From positions 64,948,429 through 65,012,428 of the forward strand of contig NC_090396.1 in the NCBI RefSeq assembly GCF_036365525.1: 64,000 bases of DNA, given 5' to 3'. The translations under genes and the position numbers were made by a program. Below the pieces are notes generated by a model that was not told the origin of the DNA, made no database searches, and saw only the letters and a list, made by a program, of their open reading frames with translations. Below, in pieces: positions 25,163 through 47,300 of the stretch (position 1 is the first letter of the stretch; the number at the start of each line of letters is the position of its first letter). The stretch comes from Heterodontus francisci. Its lineage: Eukaryota.

Positions 25163-25849
25163 GGACACGACCACACTCCCTCAGTACTGGAGTGGACATT
25201 TCAGCCTGGAATACCTCAATCTGAACGCTAGATTAATTCGCTGTTCAATCATGATGCTGATTGTGAATTGGTTTACCTTAACGTTCATCTGAAGTAATAT
25301 TATTGTGAAAGGGCAACAAATAAAAGGGTGATCGAATTTAGACGCTTAAGATGACTAAGGTATTTAAGGGTAAGTAGAAAGAAACTATTTCCTCTGGTTG
25401 GGGGAGTGCATAAGGGGGCATAACCTTAAGATTAGAGCCAGGCCATTCAGGGGTGATGTTAAGAATCACTTCTTCACACAAAGGCTAGTGGAAATCTGCA
25501 ACTCTCTCCCTCTTGAGGCTAGCGTCAATTGAAAAATTGAAAACTAGGTGATAAATTTTTGTTAGGTAAGGGTATTAAGGGTAAATGGAATTAAGATACA
25601 GATCAGTCATGATCTAATTGAATGGTGTTACAGGCTCAAGGGGCTGAATGGCCTCTGCCTGGTACTAAACACCCAAGAGACAATGTCCTGTGAAATCTGT
25701 CACCGTCAGTAATGGTCACTGGGGGGTGGGTTTATATCTCCTCAGTACCCCTGTCTATGTCAGTTTCCCAGTCTTTTTGCTGTTCATTCACTGAAAGTGA
25801 GGCATTGAACAGGAGAAACCTCACAAAGATTCACCTCCCGTGTTTCAGC

Positions 25850-26172
25850 TTGTATTTAAAATTTAACACTGAGGCAGACAAGGAGATATTAGGACAGGTG
25901 ACCAAAAGCTTGGTCAAAGAGGTACTTTTTGAAGAGTGTCTTAAAGGAGGAGAGAGTGGTAGAGAGGGAATTCCAGAGTTAAAGCATGACTGTAAATGGC
26001 GTAGCAATTAAAACCGGCGATGCTCAAGAGGCCAGAATTAGAGGAGTGCAGATATCTTGGAGGGTCGTGGGGCTGCAGGAGATTATAGAGATAGGGAGGG
26101 GGCGAAGCCATGGAGGGATTTGAAAACAAGGATGAAAATTTTAAAATTCGAGGCATTGCTCGACCAGGAGCC
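25850..26172 (-). mobile_element. L2 LINE 3' fragment
   Basis: Reverse complement of 23830-24130. Confidence 0.75.
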
Positions 26173-26369
26173 CAGGGGTAACATTCGCCTCTGACTCGGG
26201 GCTGGAATTTATACTTCCGTGCCAATAAAAACAATAGCGGACCGCCTGTTGCAGTCGCATGTCGCAGAGCTACCGCGATAGTAAGCGAGGTGGCTCATTT
26301 AAATGGCCAGGGCGGACCGCCCACCCCATTGTATGGAGGAGGCGGGTGGTCCGTCCCCGGCAATGGCAT

Positions 26370-28190
26370 CAGCTGCCCCGGACAGCCCGCTTCGACCTCC
26401 ATCCCAAAATCCACAAATGGGACTGTCCCGGCAGACCCATTGTGTCAGCCTGCTCCTGCCCCACTGAACTTATTTCTTCCGATCTTGACTCTATCTTTTC
26501 TCCCCTGGTCCAGTCTCTTCCCACCTACATCCGTGACTCTTCTGACGCCCTACGTCATTTTGACAATTTCCAGTTTCCTGGTCCCAACCGCCTCCTCTTC
26601 ACTATGGACGTCCAATCTCTCTACACCTCCATCCCTCACCAGGACGGTTTGAGGGCTCTCCGCTTCTTCCTGGAACAGAGGCCCGACCAGTCCCCATCCA
26701 CCACCACCCTCCTCCGCCTGGCTGAACTTGTTCTCACATTGAACAACTTCTCCTTCAACTCCACTTCCTTCAAGTAAAAGGTATTGCTGTGGGTACCTGC
26801 ATGGGTCCTAATTATGCCTGTCTTTTTGTGGGATATGTCGAACATTCCTGGTTCCAGTCCTACTCAGTCCCCCTCCCCCAACTCTTTTTCTTGTACATTG
26901 ATGATTGTATCGGTGCCGTTTCCTGCTCCCGCCCGGAACTAGAAAACTTCATTAACTTTGCTTCTAATTTCTACCCTTCACTCACCTTCACATGGTCCAT
27001 CTCTGACATGTCTCTTCCCTTCCTCGACTTCTCTGTCTCCATCTCTGGGGATAGGTTGTCCACTAATATTTATTATAAGCTCACAACTCCCGCAGCTACC
27101 TCAACTGCACTTCTTCACACCCTACCTCCTGTAAGGACTCCGTCTCTGACGCATCTGCTCTGATGATGCTACCTTCCATGACAGCACTTCTGATATGTCT
27201 TCCTTTTCCCTCAACTGAGGATTCCCCCCCACTGTGGTTGACAGGGCCCTCAACCGTGTCCGGCCCATTTCCCGTACCTCTACCCTCTCCCCTTCCCCTC
27301 CCTCCCAGAACCATGACAGGGTTCCCCCTTGTCCTCACTTTCTACCCCATCAGCCTCCATATCCAAAGGATCATCCTCCGCCATTTCTGCCACTTCCAGC
27401 GTGATGCCACCGCCAAACACATCTTTCCCTCCCCTCCCCTGTCAGCATTCTGAAGGGATCATTCCCTCCGCGACAGCCTGGTCCACTCCTCCATTATCCC
27501 CACCACCTCGTCCCCTTCCCACGGCACCTTCCCCTGCAATCGCAGGAGGTGTAATACCTGCCCATTTACCTCCCCTCTCCTCACTATCCCAGGCCCCAAA
27601 CAATCAACGCAAGCTCGAGGAACAGCATCTCAGTTACTGATTAGGCACGCTACAGCCTGCTGGACTGAACATTGAATTCAATAATTTCAGAGCATGTCTG
27701 CCCTCCCCCCCCCCCCCCCCCCCTTTTTATGTTGTTATTTTTTCTTTTTTATTTGGTTCTTTTATTTTAGGTTTTTTAGTGTGTTTAGTTTGTTTCTACT
27801 GTGCCTACCCACTGTTTCTGTTTTTTAAATGTTTGTGCTTGGAGTGCTTTGTGCTTTACAGTCTCTTCACACTCTTTGTACCAATGCTTTGTCTTTCACC
27901 ACACCATTAACATTCCGTTTGTCTTTCTTCCATGACCTTCTGGCCAGTTATTCTCTGTGACCTTGTCCTATCACCACCTTCTCTTTTGTTATCTCTTGCC
28001 CCACCCCCGCTTTACTTGTTTAAAACTTTTTACATTTCTAATATTTGTCAGTTCTGATCAAAGGTCACTGACCTGAAACGTTAACTCTACTTCTCTCTCC
28101 ACAGATGCTGCCAGACCTGCTGCGTATTTCCAGCATTTCTTGTTTTTATTTCAGATTTCCAGCATCTGCAGTATTTCGCTTTTATTATTA
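26370..28190 (+). mobile_element. Penelope-like element: disrupted RT with 3' terminal repeat
   Basis: PKIHK..PGRPIVSACSCPTELIS, LFTMDVQSLYTSIPH, MGTCMGPNYACLF, YIDD, LPFLDF; stops and frameshifts; characteristic 3' end. Confidence 0.88.
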
Positions 28191-29977
28191 ATTTACTGTC
28201 GCATGGATATTGAAGGCTCCTGTATAAAGTGTTTGTTTTTTCTGTAAGGCACCTTATTAATGTGACTCTAAAATATGTGTTGACATTGGCTGTCAATGGA
28301 ACTGTTTTTTTCCAGAGCAGTTACATGTTTTAGACACACGTTTAATACTTTCTGATTGGTTATTTATAGATCACTCTTTCGATGTGTTGCAGTTGCTCCC
28401 TCTGCTGGTAGTGCCATTGTCGAACGTGCAACCTCTGATGCTGAGCTGGGGGGTCACTGTGTCTCACGCTCGCCTCCAGTTGCTGGTCAAGGGGAAACGT
28501 GTGGCAGACTGACCTTTCACCTCTGGGACCTGGTGCGTACGATGAGCAGTCACAAGCTGGTTCCTGTTAGGTGCAAATTCACAGTATTGAACTGTGCACA
28601 ACACGGTAGTGCAACAGCCACCACAGCTGGGAGGCCACGACTTGACCAGGGCATGAGTTGTTGCTGCCACATTGCTGCAGGCTGGACACTCTTTTCCTCC
28701 TCAAGTGGTGGGACAAGATAGATGGAGCATCTCTGTGCCATCTGGCCCTTGCTACACCCCAAATGTGAGTGATCAACAACAACAAATTGAAGTGCCTTTA
28801 ACATAACAAAATGTCCCAAGGCACTTCACAGATGCATAATCAGACAAAAGGTAAAGTCAAACAAGGAGACCAAAAGCTTACTCAAAGAGGTCGGGGGCTT
28901 AAAGGAGAAGAGAGATGTGGAGAGGTTTAGGAAGGAAATTCCAGAGCTTACTTATTTGTTAAGGTTTTGTTTAATATTGAAATATCGAGATAGCTGTCCT
29001 GAAGCCCTGGGTGATGCCACTGTGAGGCTGTGGAACTGATAGATAATACCCAGAAAGCTGCTCGATAATGGAAAAGCCTGAAACAGCCTTGGTCGAGTTG
29101 GCTGCTCTTTGAAGGCCGTTCAGTTGGCACACATGGTGATGATGAACTATGACCCCTGCTGAACTGTGGCAGGCCCGCTATGTCACTCAGAGACGTACAG
29201 AACCCACCCACTTCAGTTAGCTCCTAACACCTCAGCCAGGCACTGGAAACTATCCAATAAACATACTGGCTTTCAAAACCCAAGCTTGGCGTCATCACTT
29301 CACAGCCTCTTGATTTATCTCATCTTCTCTGCTACTCTTGCCAGTGATGTTGGGGGTGGGCGTGTCTATTGTTCTGCCCAAAGAGGCAGACAAGTGGCAA
29401 ACGTCGTAAATAGAAGATAAATATCTGGCAGAAAGGGCTAGTGAAGGGATCAGAGGTCGAGTGGGGTCAGGGCACCGGCCCAATAGATGGAGACTGTCCT
29501 TTCCAGTTCGATGTTGCTAGGGAAATTGAGGCACATGTGGAATGGATTGTGAGGCGAAAGCAGGAACAGGTTACTGAGTTGGATGATGAGCCATGATCAT
29601 AATGAATGGTGGAGCAGGCTCGAAGGGCCAAATGGCCTACTCCTGCTCCTAATTTCTATGTTTCTATGGTTGGGCAGGTCTGGCGATAGATCATCCAGAG
29701 TTTGATTGTGCAAACAATCTTAACATTTTTTGCTAAGTTTGGTTGTCCCCTGACTAACAGTCTAGTGACTCCTGGGCACGTCTATAAGCTAACAGTCCAA
29801 GGCAGCTTTACTCCAAATGTATAAAAATACAATATAGAATCACAAAACGATATGGCACATCATGTCCATCATGCCTGTATAGCAGGATATAAATTGCACC
29901 AACAGATTCCATTTATCAGCATTACCTCCTGCCAACACTGTAAATATGATGCATGACTGCTTCAAAGTAAAACTCCT

Positions 29978-39663
<9,686 letters not shown>

Positions 39664-39850
39664 TTCCTGGAGACACAATGGAGCTTTAAACAAGGAACAG
39701 CTGACTCAGCTGCACTCTCTGTACAAACACTGATTCCCCACTAAACAGCCGTGACTAATCGCTAATCTGCAAAACTCAATGAAGCCACCTTGAATAAATT
39801 ACATTAAAACAGCTCCCTCCCCTACCGCTCCCTCGAAAGTAGCCAATTTC

Positions 39851-39901
39851 CCGGAAGTGAAAGATACATTTTTGCAATCACATGAGAGACGGTCACGTGA
39901 C
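39851..39901. promoter_or_regulatory. SGSH/SLC26A11 bidirectional promoter core with ETS site, M-box and CLEAR element
   Basis: CCGGAAGTG at 39851-39859; TCACATGA (= TCATGTGA on the - strand) at 39878-39885; perfect palindrome GTCACGTGAC at 39892-39901; lies between two divergent lysosomal genes. Confidence 0.75.
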
Positions 39902-41184
39902 GGATCCCCCAATAATCCAGAGGCAAGAGACTGACATTCCGGCTATAGGGATCAATGATAATGGAAGTGAGTGGGAATATGGTCACGGTTACTGGAGATT
40001 TATGTCTGAATATGGTCAAAGTTACTGGAGCTTTATGTCTAGTTATCTGTGCAATGATTGTAGCAGCAGGTTTGTACTGAGTTTACAGCCGGCAACTTGA
40101 TAAAGAGTTTGTTTCTCTTTTTTTTTCCTCAGACCTTCAGGTCTCCAGTATTTTATTTAACACTTAAATATTAATGAGTTTAAAATATACAGACGCATTA
40201 TTTTTGCAATTGACTTTGTTTGAAAAAGATGCCTGAGGCTGCTTAAATGTATCGATACTTCCTTAGTTTGGCTTTGTAGTGAACTTATTTGCACTATTGC
40301 AACGTTTCTGTGTGTGGATTTGTGATGTGACTCTGATCTGAAATCCTATCTTGACATTTCCCCTTTGTCCTTCCTATCAGTTAATTTGTGGTCACTTGAT
40401 GGATCCATTCTAAACCTCGTATTGCCCTAATCTGCCCTGTAACACAACCACAGGAGTCAGACTGTATCCTGTCTGGAGGATGGTGTCTCCAGCTTCCTCC
40501 TCTTCACTGATGTTTTATGGTGGCATGACTCCTAGAATAGGTACAACGCGGAAGGAGGCCATTCAGCCCATCGTGACTTCACCAGCTCTTTGGAAGAGCA
40601 ATTCAGTTAGCCTCACTCTTCCCTGTCTCCCTGCAATCTCCCTGCAATCTCCTTGAATTTACTCATCGACTGAGCTTTCTGGGGTAGAGAATTCAAAAAG
40701 ATTCTCTCAATTCTCTGAGTGAGCTCCTTGTCCCAGTCCCTTTATCCTGAGCCTGTGTCCCTAGTTGTAGACCCTCCAGCAGGGGGAACAGCCTCTTGGG
40801 GGGTTGGACAGGGTAGATGCTAAGAATTTTATATTTGATCTAACTTGTTAAGCCAGGAGTGTTTTAATCCTCTGAATTTGCCTTGCCTTAGAAAGGCTGC
40901 CTCTGTGCTGCATTGTTCCGTGATTTTAAAATCTTTCATTTAACATGCAGATCTCCTGGGGCACCCGGAGGAGACTGGGGACCATCTGAAACTGTCTGTA
41001 GAGCAATGGCTATGAGTAATTTGACTGAATCACCCTGAGAAACCAGTCACCTCCAGCACATCATCAACCAGGAAGAGCACTCTGGAGAACTGGGCACAAT
41101 TGAGCCTTCAGCAGTGTGAGCAAAGGGTCGAACCCTCGCCAATCAAGGAGACTGGCAGTGACCCGGAGACGAGCACGGCGTGGC

Positions 41185-41370
41185 ATGGCCTTGGTGGTGA
41201 GGAAATGCTGCTCCTATCGCACCTTGAAGCGGAGGTTGCCGATTCTGGGCTGGCTGCCCCACTATTCCGTTCAGTGGCTGCGAATGGATCTACTGGCAGG
41301 GGTGACTGTGGGGCTGACAGTGGTGCCCCAGGCACTAGCCTATGCTGAAATAGCTGGCCTTCCTGTTCAG
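41185..41370 (+). CDS. SLC26A11: SLC26A11 coding exon 1 (exon probably starts at acceptor 40951)
   Basis: MALVVRKCCSYRTLKRRLPILGWLPHYSVQWLRMDLLAGVTVGLTVVPQALAYAEIAGLPVQ|gtaggt. Start codon uncertain. Confidence 0.88.
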
Positions 41371-44300
41371 GTAGGTACCACTGATCTGGGATGAATGATC
41401 CAGCCTGGCTTTGTGGGAGAAAAAAGTTTCAGGGTTTTTGACTTTTTTTCTTATATAGTTGATGCTCTAAATAAAATTTAAAAAAAAAAAATAGAAAATG
41501 CTGGAAGCACTTGGGCAGCAACTGTGGTGAGGGAATTTGAGTTAACATTTCAGACTGTGACCTCTTATGAGAATGTAATTGTCAGCTGTGACTCTGGGTA
41601 GCACTCTGTCTGTCCCGCTCCCTCGCTCTCACTCTCTCCTCTGAGTCAGCAGCTTGTAGATTCAAGTCTGACTCCAGAGACTTGAACCTACCTATTTTGA
41701 AGAGCAGGTGAGTTATCCCTGGTGTCCTGGCCAACATTATCCCTCAACAAGCATCACTTACAATAGACGCAGAATACTGCAGATGCTGGAAATCTGAAAT
41801 AAAGACTGTCCCCTCCCTGACACCCTTGTCCATTCCTCCATTACCTCCCAAATCTCAGCACCTTCCCATACAATTGCAGGAGGTGTAATACCTGCCCTTT
41901 TACCTCCTCTCTCCTCACCATCCAAGGCCCCAAACACTCCTTCCAGGTGAAGCACTTGTACTTCTTTCAATTTAGTATACTGTATTCACTGCTCGCAATG
42001 CGGTCACTTCTACACTGGGGAGACCAAACGCAGACTCGGCGACTGCTTTGCGCAAAACCTCCGCTCGGTCCACAAGCATGACCCAGAGCTTCAGGTTGCT
42101 TGCCATTTTAATTCACTACCCTGCTGTTACGCCCACATTTCTGTCCTCGGCCTGCTGCAGTGTTCCAGTGAGAAGCTCACTGGAAGCTCAAGGAGCAACA
42201 CCACCTCTTCCAATTAGGCACTTTGCAGCCTCTGGACTCAATATTGAGTTCAATAATTTCAGACCATGACCAGTTTTAAACTTGTTTTTCATGTTTCTGC
42301 TTTCAACAATGATTAACACTCGACAAAGGCTTTGTCTTTTACTACAACTATTACCGCTCCCTTGCCTTTTGTTTCATGACATTTTTGTCATTTAATCTCT
42401 CCTGCCCCTCCACCCCATCACATGCCTTCCCTTTTTGTTCTTCTCCTCCTCCCGACCTTTCACTTGCTCAAAATCTATCGCATTTCTAACCTTTGCCAGT
42501 TCTGATAAAAGATCATCGACCTGAAACATTAACTCTGTTTCTCTCTCCATAGATGCTGCCAGACCTGCTGAGTATTTCCTGTTTTATTTCACTTAAAATA
42601 GATTACCTGGTCATTATCACATTGCTGTTTGTGGGAGCTTGCTGTGTTCAAATTGGCTGCTGAGTTTCCTGTATTACAACAGTGACTACATGTAAAATGC
42701 TATAGAAATACAAGTCTTTCTTTGATACTTAATGTTGCTATCAGATTAAATAGTTATAAGATTTCATAATTGCTGCACTTTCTGCTGTCTTTTTCCCCCC
42801 CCCCCCCCCCCCCTTAAATAGCCCATCACCCACTGTTTCTAAGCCACGCGGCCAAACCTGTGGTAACTCTCTGCTGTTTGATGTCATGGGGTAGCTCGGA
42901 GGTGCTGTTCAGGGACACCCTCCCACTCTGCAACATCGAAGACCTGGGCTTCTCACTGCACTGTTTCTGAAGCACACTTTGTTTTTACACAATACTACTG
43001 TGGAGTGGTAAGGGTCTTGTGGATGAGCCCAGAACAAGGGGGTAACAAGTACAAGAAGCACGCTAACCTATCAAATAAAGAATTTAGGAGGAATTTCTTT
43101 ACGCACCAGAGTGGGGCGAATGTGGAACTTGCTTCCACAAGGAATGTTGGAACAAATAGCATTGATAAGAGGGAAGGGAAAATGGGGACAGAGTGGAAGA
43201 AGTTTGTATGGAGCATAAACACTGGCATAGACCAGTTAGGCTGAACAGCCAGATTCTCTGCTGTAAAGTTTGATGTCATGTGAAGACAATACTGACTGAC
43301 ACATGTAATAACATCTGTAATTCCTTGTCCATTACCAAGCAAATGTTACTTTGTTATAGATGCATTAGTGTGTTTTTAAAAAGCAACAGGGGAAGAAAGC
43401 CAGTTACTGACCTGGAGCCTGCCCTCTGACCTCGACACTTTATAAATAGCTACCATTTCCCACTGTTACCTATCTTGATCAGAAGCCTCGAGTACTCGTG
43501 AGTGTTATTTTTAAAAATATATAAATGGAGGATGGCCAACAACAAAGTGCAGTGAACAGGTCCTACAAACAAAACATGGGATGTCCAACAGGCTTGTCAC
43601 ACCTGATAGGAGGAAAGGATGGTTAGGATTTTGGGACATCTTGAGGCTGGCTTGTGAAATTGTTCAATTATCCAGGTGGTGGGAGTGAGGGGAAGGAGAG
43701 TAAATACATATTTTGCTATGCTGTATTAAAGCTCAGACTCTCTCTCCTTTTGTTTATTTGTTTTTAAGGCAATTCTTCTGAGTTGGGAAAGGATGTTCAG
43801 AGTTGGGGAAAGATAGCAGGTGGAAGGAGTTAAGCTACAGATCAGTCAACATCTAATTGAATGGTGGAATGGGCTCAAGGGGCTGAATGGCCTCCCTATG
43901 TTCCAACACCAAAACTTTGGTCTTATCCTTGCTGTCCCACCAGGCAGTTTTTTTTTTTTTTTTTTTTTATAAGTGTTTTTAAAAAAAAAAATTTGGGTTT
44001 GATTCTTGTGTCTCTCTCATCCATGTTTCTGCTCCAGTACGGGCTCTATTCCTCGTTCATGGGCTGCTTTGTCTACTGCCTCCTCGGTACCTCGAAAGAC
44101 ATTACATTGGGTCCAACGGCAATCATGTCCCTCCTCGTCTCTTCATACACCTATCACGACCCAGCATACGCAGTGTTGCTGACTTTCCTCTGTGGCTGTA
44201 TTCAACTGGCAATGGGAATCCTGCAACTCGGTAAGAACCTCCTCGGTGACACACTCAATCAATTGCTGTCCATTGATCTGTCTTTGGGGATGAGGAGGTA

Positions 44301-47300
44301 GTGTCTGATGGGCCAACCTGTTGTGCCACCTCACTGACCCTATGATATTGGGTGGGGTTGAGTGGGCATGGAGTGGAGAGGCTGTTTCTACACTGGGTGT
44401 TGGCATCAGAAGTCACCCACAAGTGAACTTTCTGTTCGTATTTGTGATTGGCTCAATAGCAGTATTGACTGAAGTGACAGTAGTAGAACCCCCCCTCCCA
44501 CTTGCCCCCATCCTCAAAGCATTAATGTCTGCTGTGGCTCAGTGGGTCAATAGGCCCTGGGTTCAAGTCCCACTCCAGAGATTTGAGCATGAGGACTGGG
44601 CCAACACTTCCAGTGCAGTACTGAGTGAGTTCTGCACTGTCCAAGGAGATGTTAAACTATGACCCCGTCTGCTCCCTCCAGTGAACATCTTTGAAGAGCG
44701 GGGTGGGGCTAGTTCTTCCCAGTGTCCTGGGCAACATTTGTTCCTCACACGTCATTACAAGAAGAGATTATCCGATCGTTATCACATTGCTGTTTGCGGG
44801 ATCTTACTGTGCGCTAATTGGCTGCTGTGTTTCTCACATTACAACAGTCACTGCACTTCAAAAGTGCTTCATTGGCTGTGAAGTGCTTTGGGACATTCTG
44901 ATGTTGTGAAAGGTGCTATATAAATGCAAGTTTTTTACATATTGTATTTCCCTTCCTTTTTAATAGCACTAGCTGTTGCTGGAATTGTGGACCGTACATG
45001 ACAGCAATCCTCTAGCACCCTGTGTCCATTTCTGTCCAGGTAATGAATGTTGGCCCACTATTCGACTATGGTCTGGACTCTCTCTCCCCCACCCATCCCT
45101 GTCCTCCGCTCCTCCACCTGTCCCCGTCGCTCCCACTCCACAGGCCAGCAGTAAATCGCTGGACTGTAATCAAGAATGAGGAATCTTGCTAACTTCGCAA
45201 ACCTCCTTTTGCAGCTTTCCTCAAGTCTATTCCTATTGCTCAGTTTTGGTGCTTTTTTCTTTCTTGCACCATAGCCACTCACTCTTGTTTAAACTCTGGA
45301 GGTTAAACAGAAGCAGATCCTATGTCCACCTCTTTCCAGATCAGGCAAGATGGTTAAATAATTTTTGTTCCCATTTGTAAATTGCTTTAACTTCTTCCTA
45401 GGTTTCCTAGTTGACTTTATCTCCTACCCGGTAATAAAGGGATTCACCTCTTCTGCTGCTTTGACCATTGGTTTTGGACAAGTGAAGGTAAGTAGAGACT
45501 CAATAAAAATCTCACCACGTTTGTTCGATGCTGACTTGTGTTTCTGAACAAGGCAGGGTTAATATTTCAGTGTGAAGCACCCTCTGGTTTGAGGGGTTTG
45601 ATGATTTTATCCAGCACTTTGGAGGCTGATAGGATTTTCCCCCTAATCTAATGGGGAAATGGATTGTTTTGGGAGGGCTGGTGTCCCAGGATCAACATTT
45701 TGTGCACTTCAGCCAATCATCAATATTATTCTAGAGTGTCTGCAGGGAGAACAACACTCCAAATAAAATAACAGCATCACTAATAGAATAGTGAAATATA
45801 TTTCTATATTTTCTCAGTTTAAAAATATTAAAGGTGCTAAGACTAACCAGGCAACATTTAATGTGGAGAAGGTACTTGTTTCACATACCTTCCCAATGAA
45901 AAGAGGAGAATTACTTTGGATGCGGAAGTGGCTCTCTGTTCTGCAGAATGCAATGGGCCATTGTTTTTTTTTTTTTGCTCCCTATTTCCCCTTGCTCCCA
46001 TCTCCAATTGGAATATTCTGTTGCTGCTCCTCACTCCATTCAGGAAAACCCAAATCAAATCCCGCTCTGTTTCGGGTCTCCAAACCCAATCGTTGAGGTT
46101 CTGGAGGTCAGAGTTCCTCCCACCTTGGGCAGTACTCGTGGATCCTGTGAACCTGTTGTAACTCCGATTGATGTCCTTAAAGGGATAAAGAATTCTTTGA
46201 GGCAAAACTGCCAATGAGATTCCAGAGGATTAAATGACTTTCCCATGAGAGCAGCTCTTGAAATGGATGCGAGGATTCTGGTGTGGGAACCTGAAGTGAT
46301 GTGCTCAATGAGCCTTCGTTAATCTCTTCACTTAATAAGTGGCCTAGTGACAGTGAGAGGCTACCCGTCTGATGCACGTGATCTTAAACTGCAGCACAAC
46401 ATGGTGTAAAGGAACACTGCCTCGTTTTATCCCAGCTATTTACGCTTATGAAAAATTCTTGATATGAGTCCAATTAGGGAGACCCAGCTACCAGCCAAAT
46501 GAGAAGTTAGTTGGAGATAACCGTTTTGGAGAAGGTGATTGGGTGTTCAGGTGAACGCTGAGAGCTCATTCCTTCATATGGCATTGAAATTACTGGATGA
46601 GAAAAGACCAAGGTTGCTTTCTATCATCTGTCGGAGTCTAGAATAGAACCAGACATGAGATGAGGGAAAACCCCCAGTGATGGAGAGATGTGAGAACCAT
46701 CGTTCCAATTTAACATGTTCTTTCCATATGTCATGTCTCAAATTATACATGTAATAGTACAAACATTAATCTACAATAAGTTCTCGAGGTGGATGATTAA
46801 GAAGTTGTTTTTATATGGGTCAGTTTGCCTGTCCGACTCCCTGCATTAACTTTCCCCATTCTCCAAGGCCAGAAGAGGGGGAAAGCCTGTTTTTACCAGT
46901 AAGGAATTTTATTCCCCATAAGGAGAGGCAGTGGTAATGTCACTAGACTAGTAATCTAGAGCCCAGGCTAATGTTTTGGGGACATGGGTTCAAATCCCAC
47001 CATGGCAGATAGTGACATTTTGACCTCAATTAATAAATCTGCAATTAGAAGCTAGTCTAATCATTAAACCACTGTCAATTTTTGTAAAAATCCATCTGGT
47101 TCACTAATGTCCTTTTTTTTATAGAAGGAAATCTGCTGTCCTTACCTGGTCTGGCCTACATGTGACTCCAGATCCACAGCAATGTGGTGACTCCTAACTG
47201 TCCTCTGAAATGGCCACTCAGTTCAAGGACAATTAGGGATGGGCAATAAATGCTGGCCTAGCCAGCGACACCCACATCCCACAAAATGAATTTAAAAAAA

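Noticed and set aside
19300-29900. Searched for CARD14 or another gene between NPB and SGSH (e.g. ORFs 22765-23187 and 28356-28721)
   Set aside because: No recognisable domains or spliceable exon series; the region is mostly retroelements.
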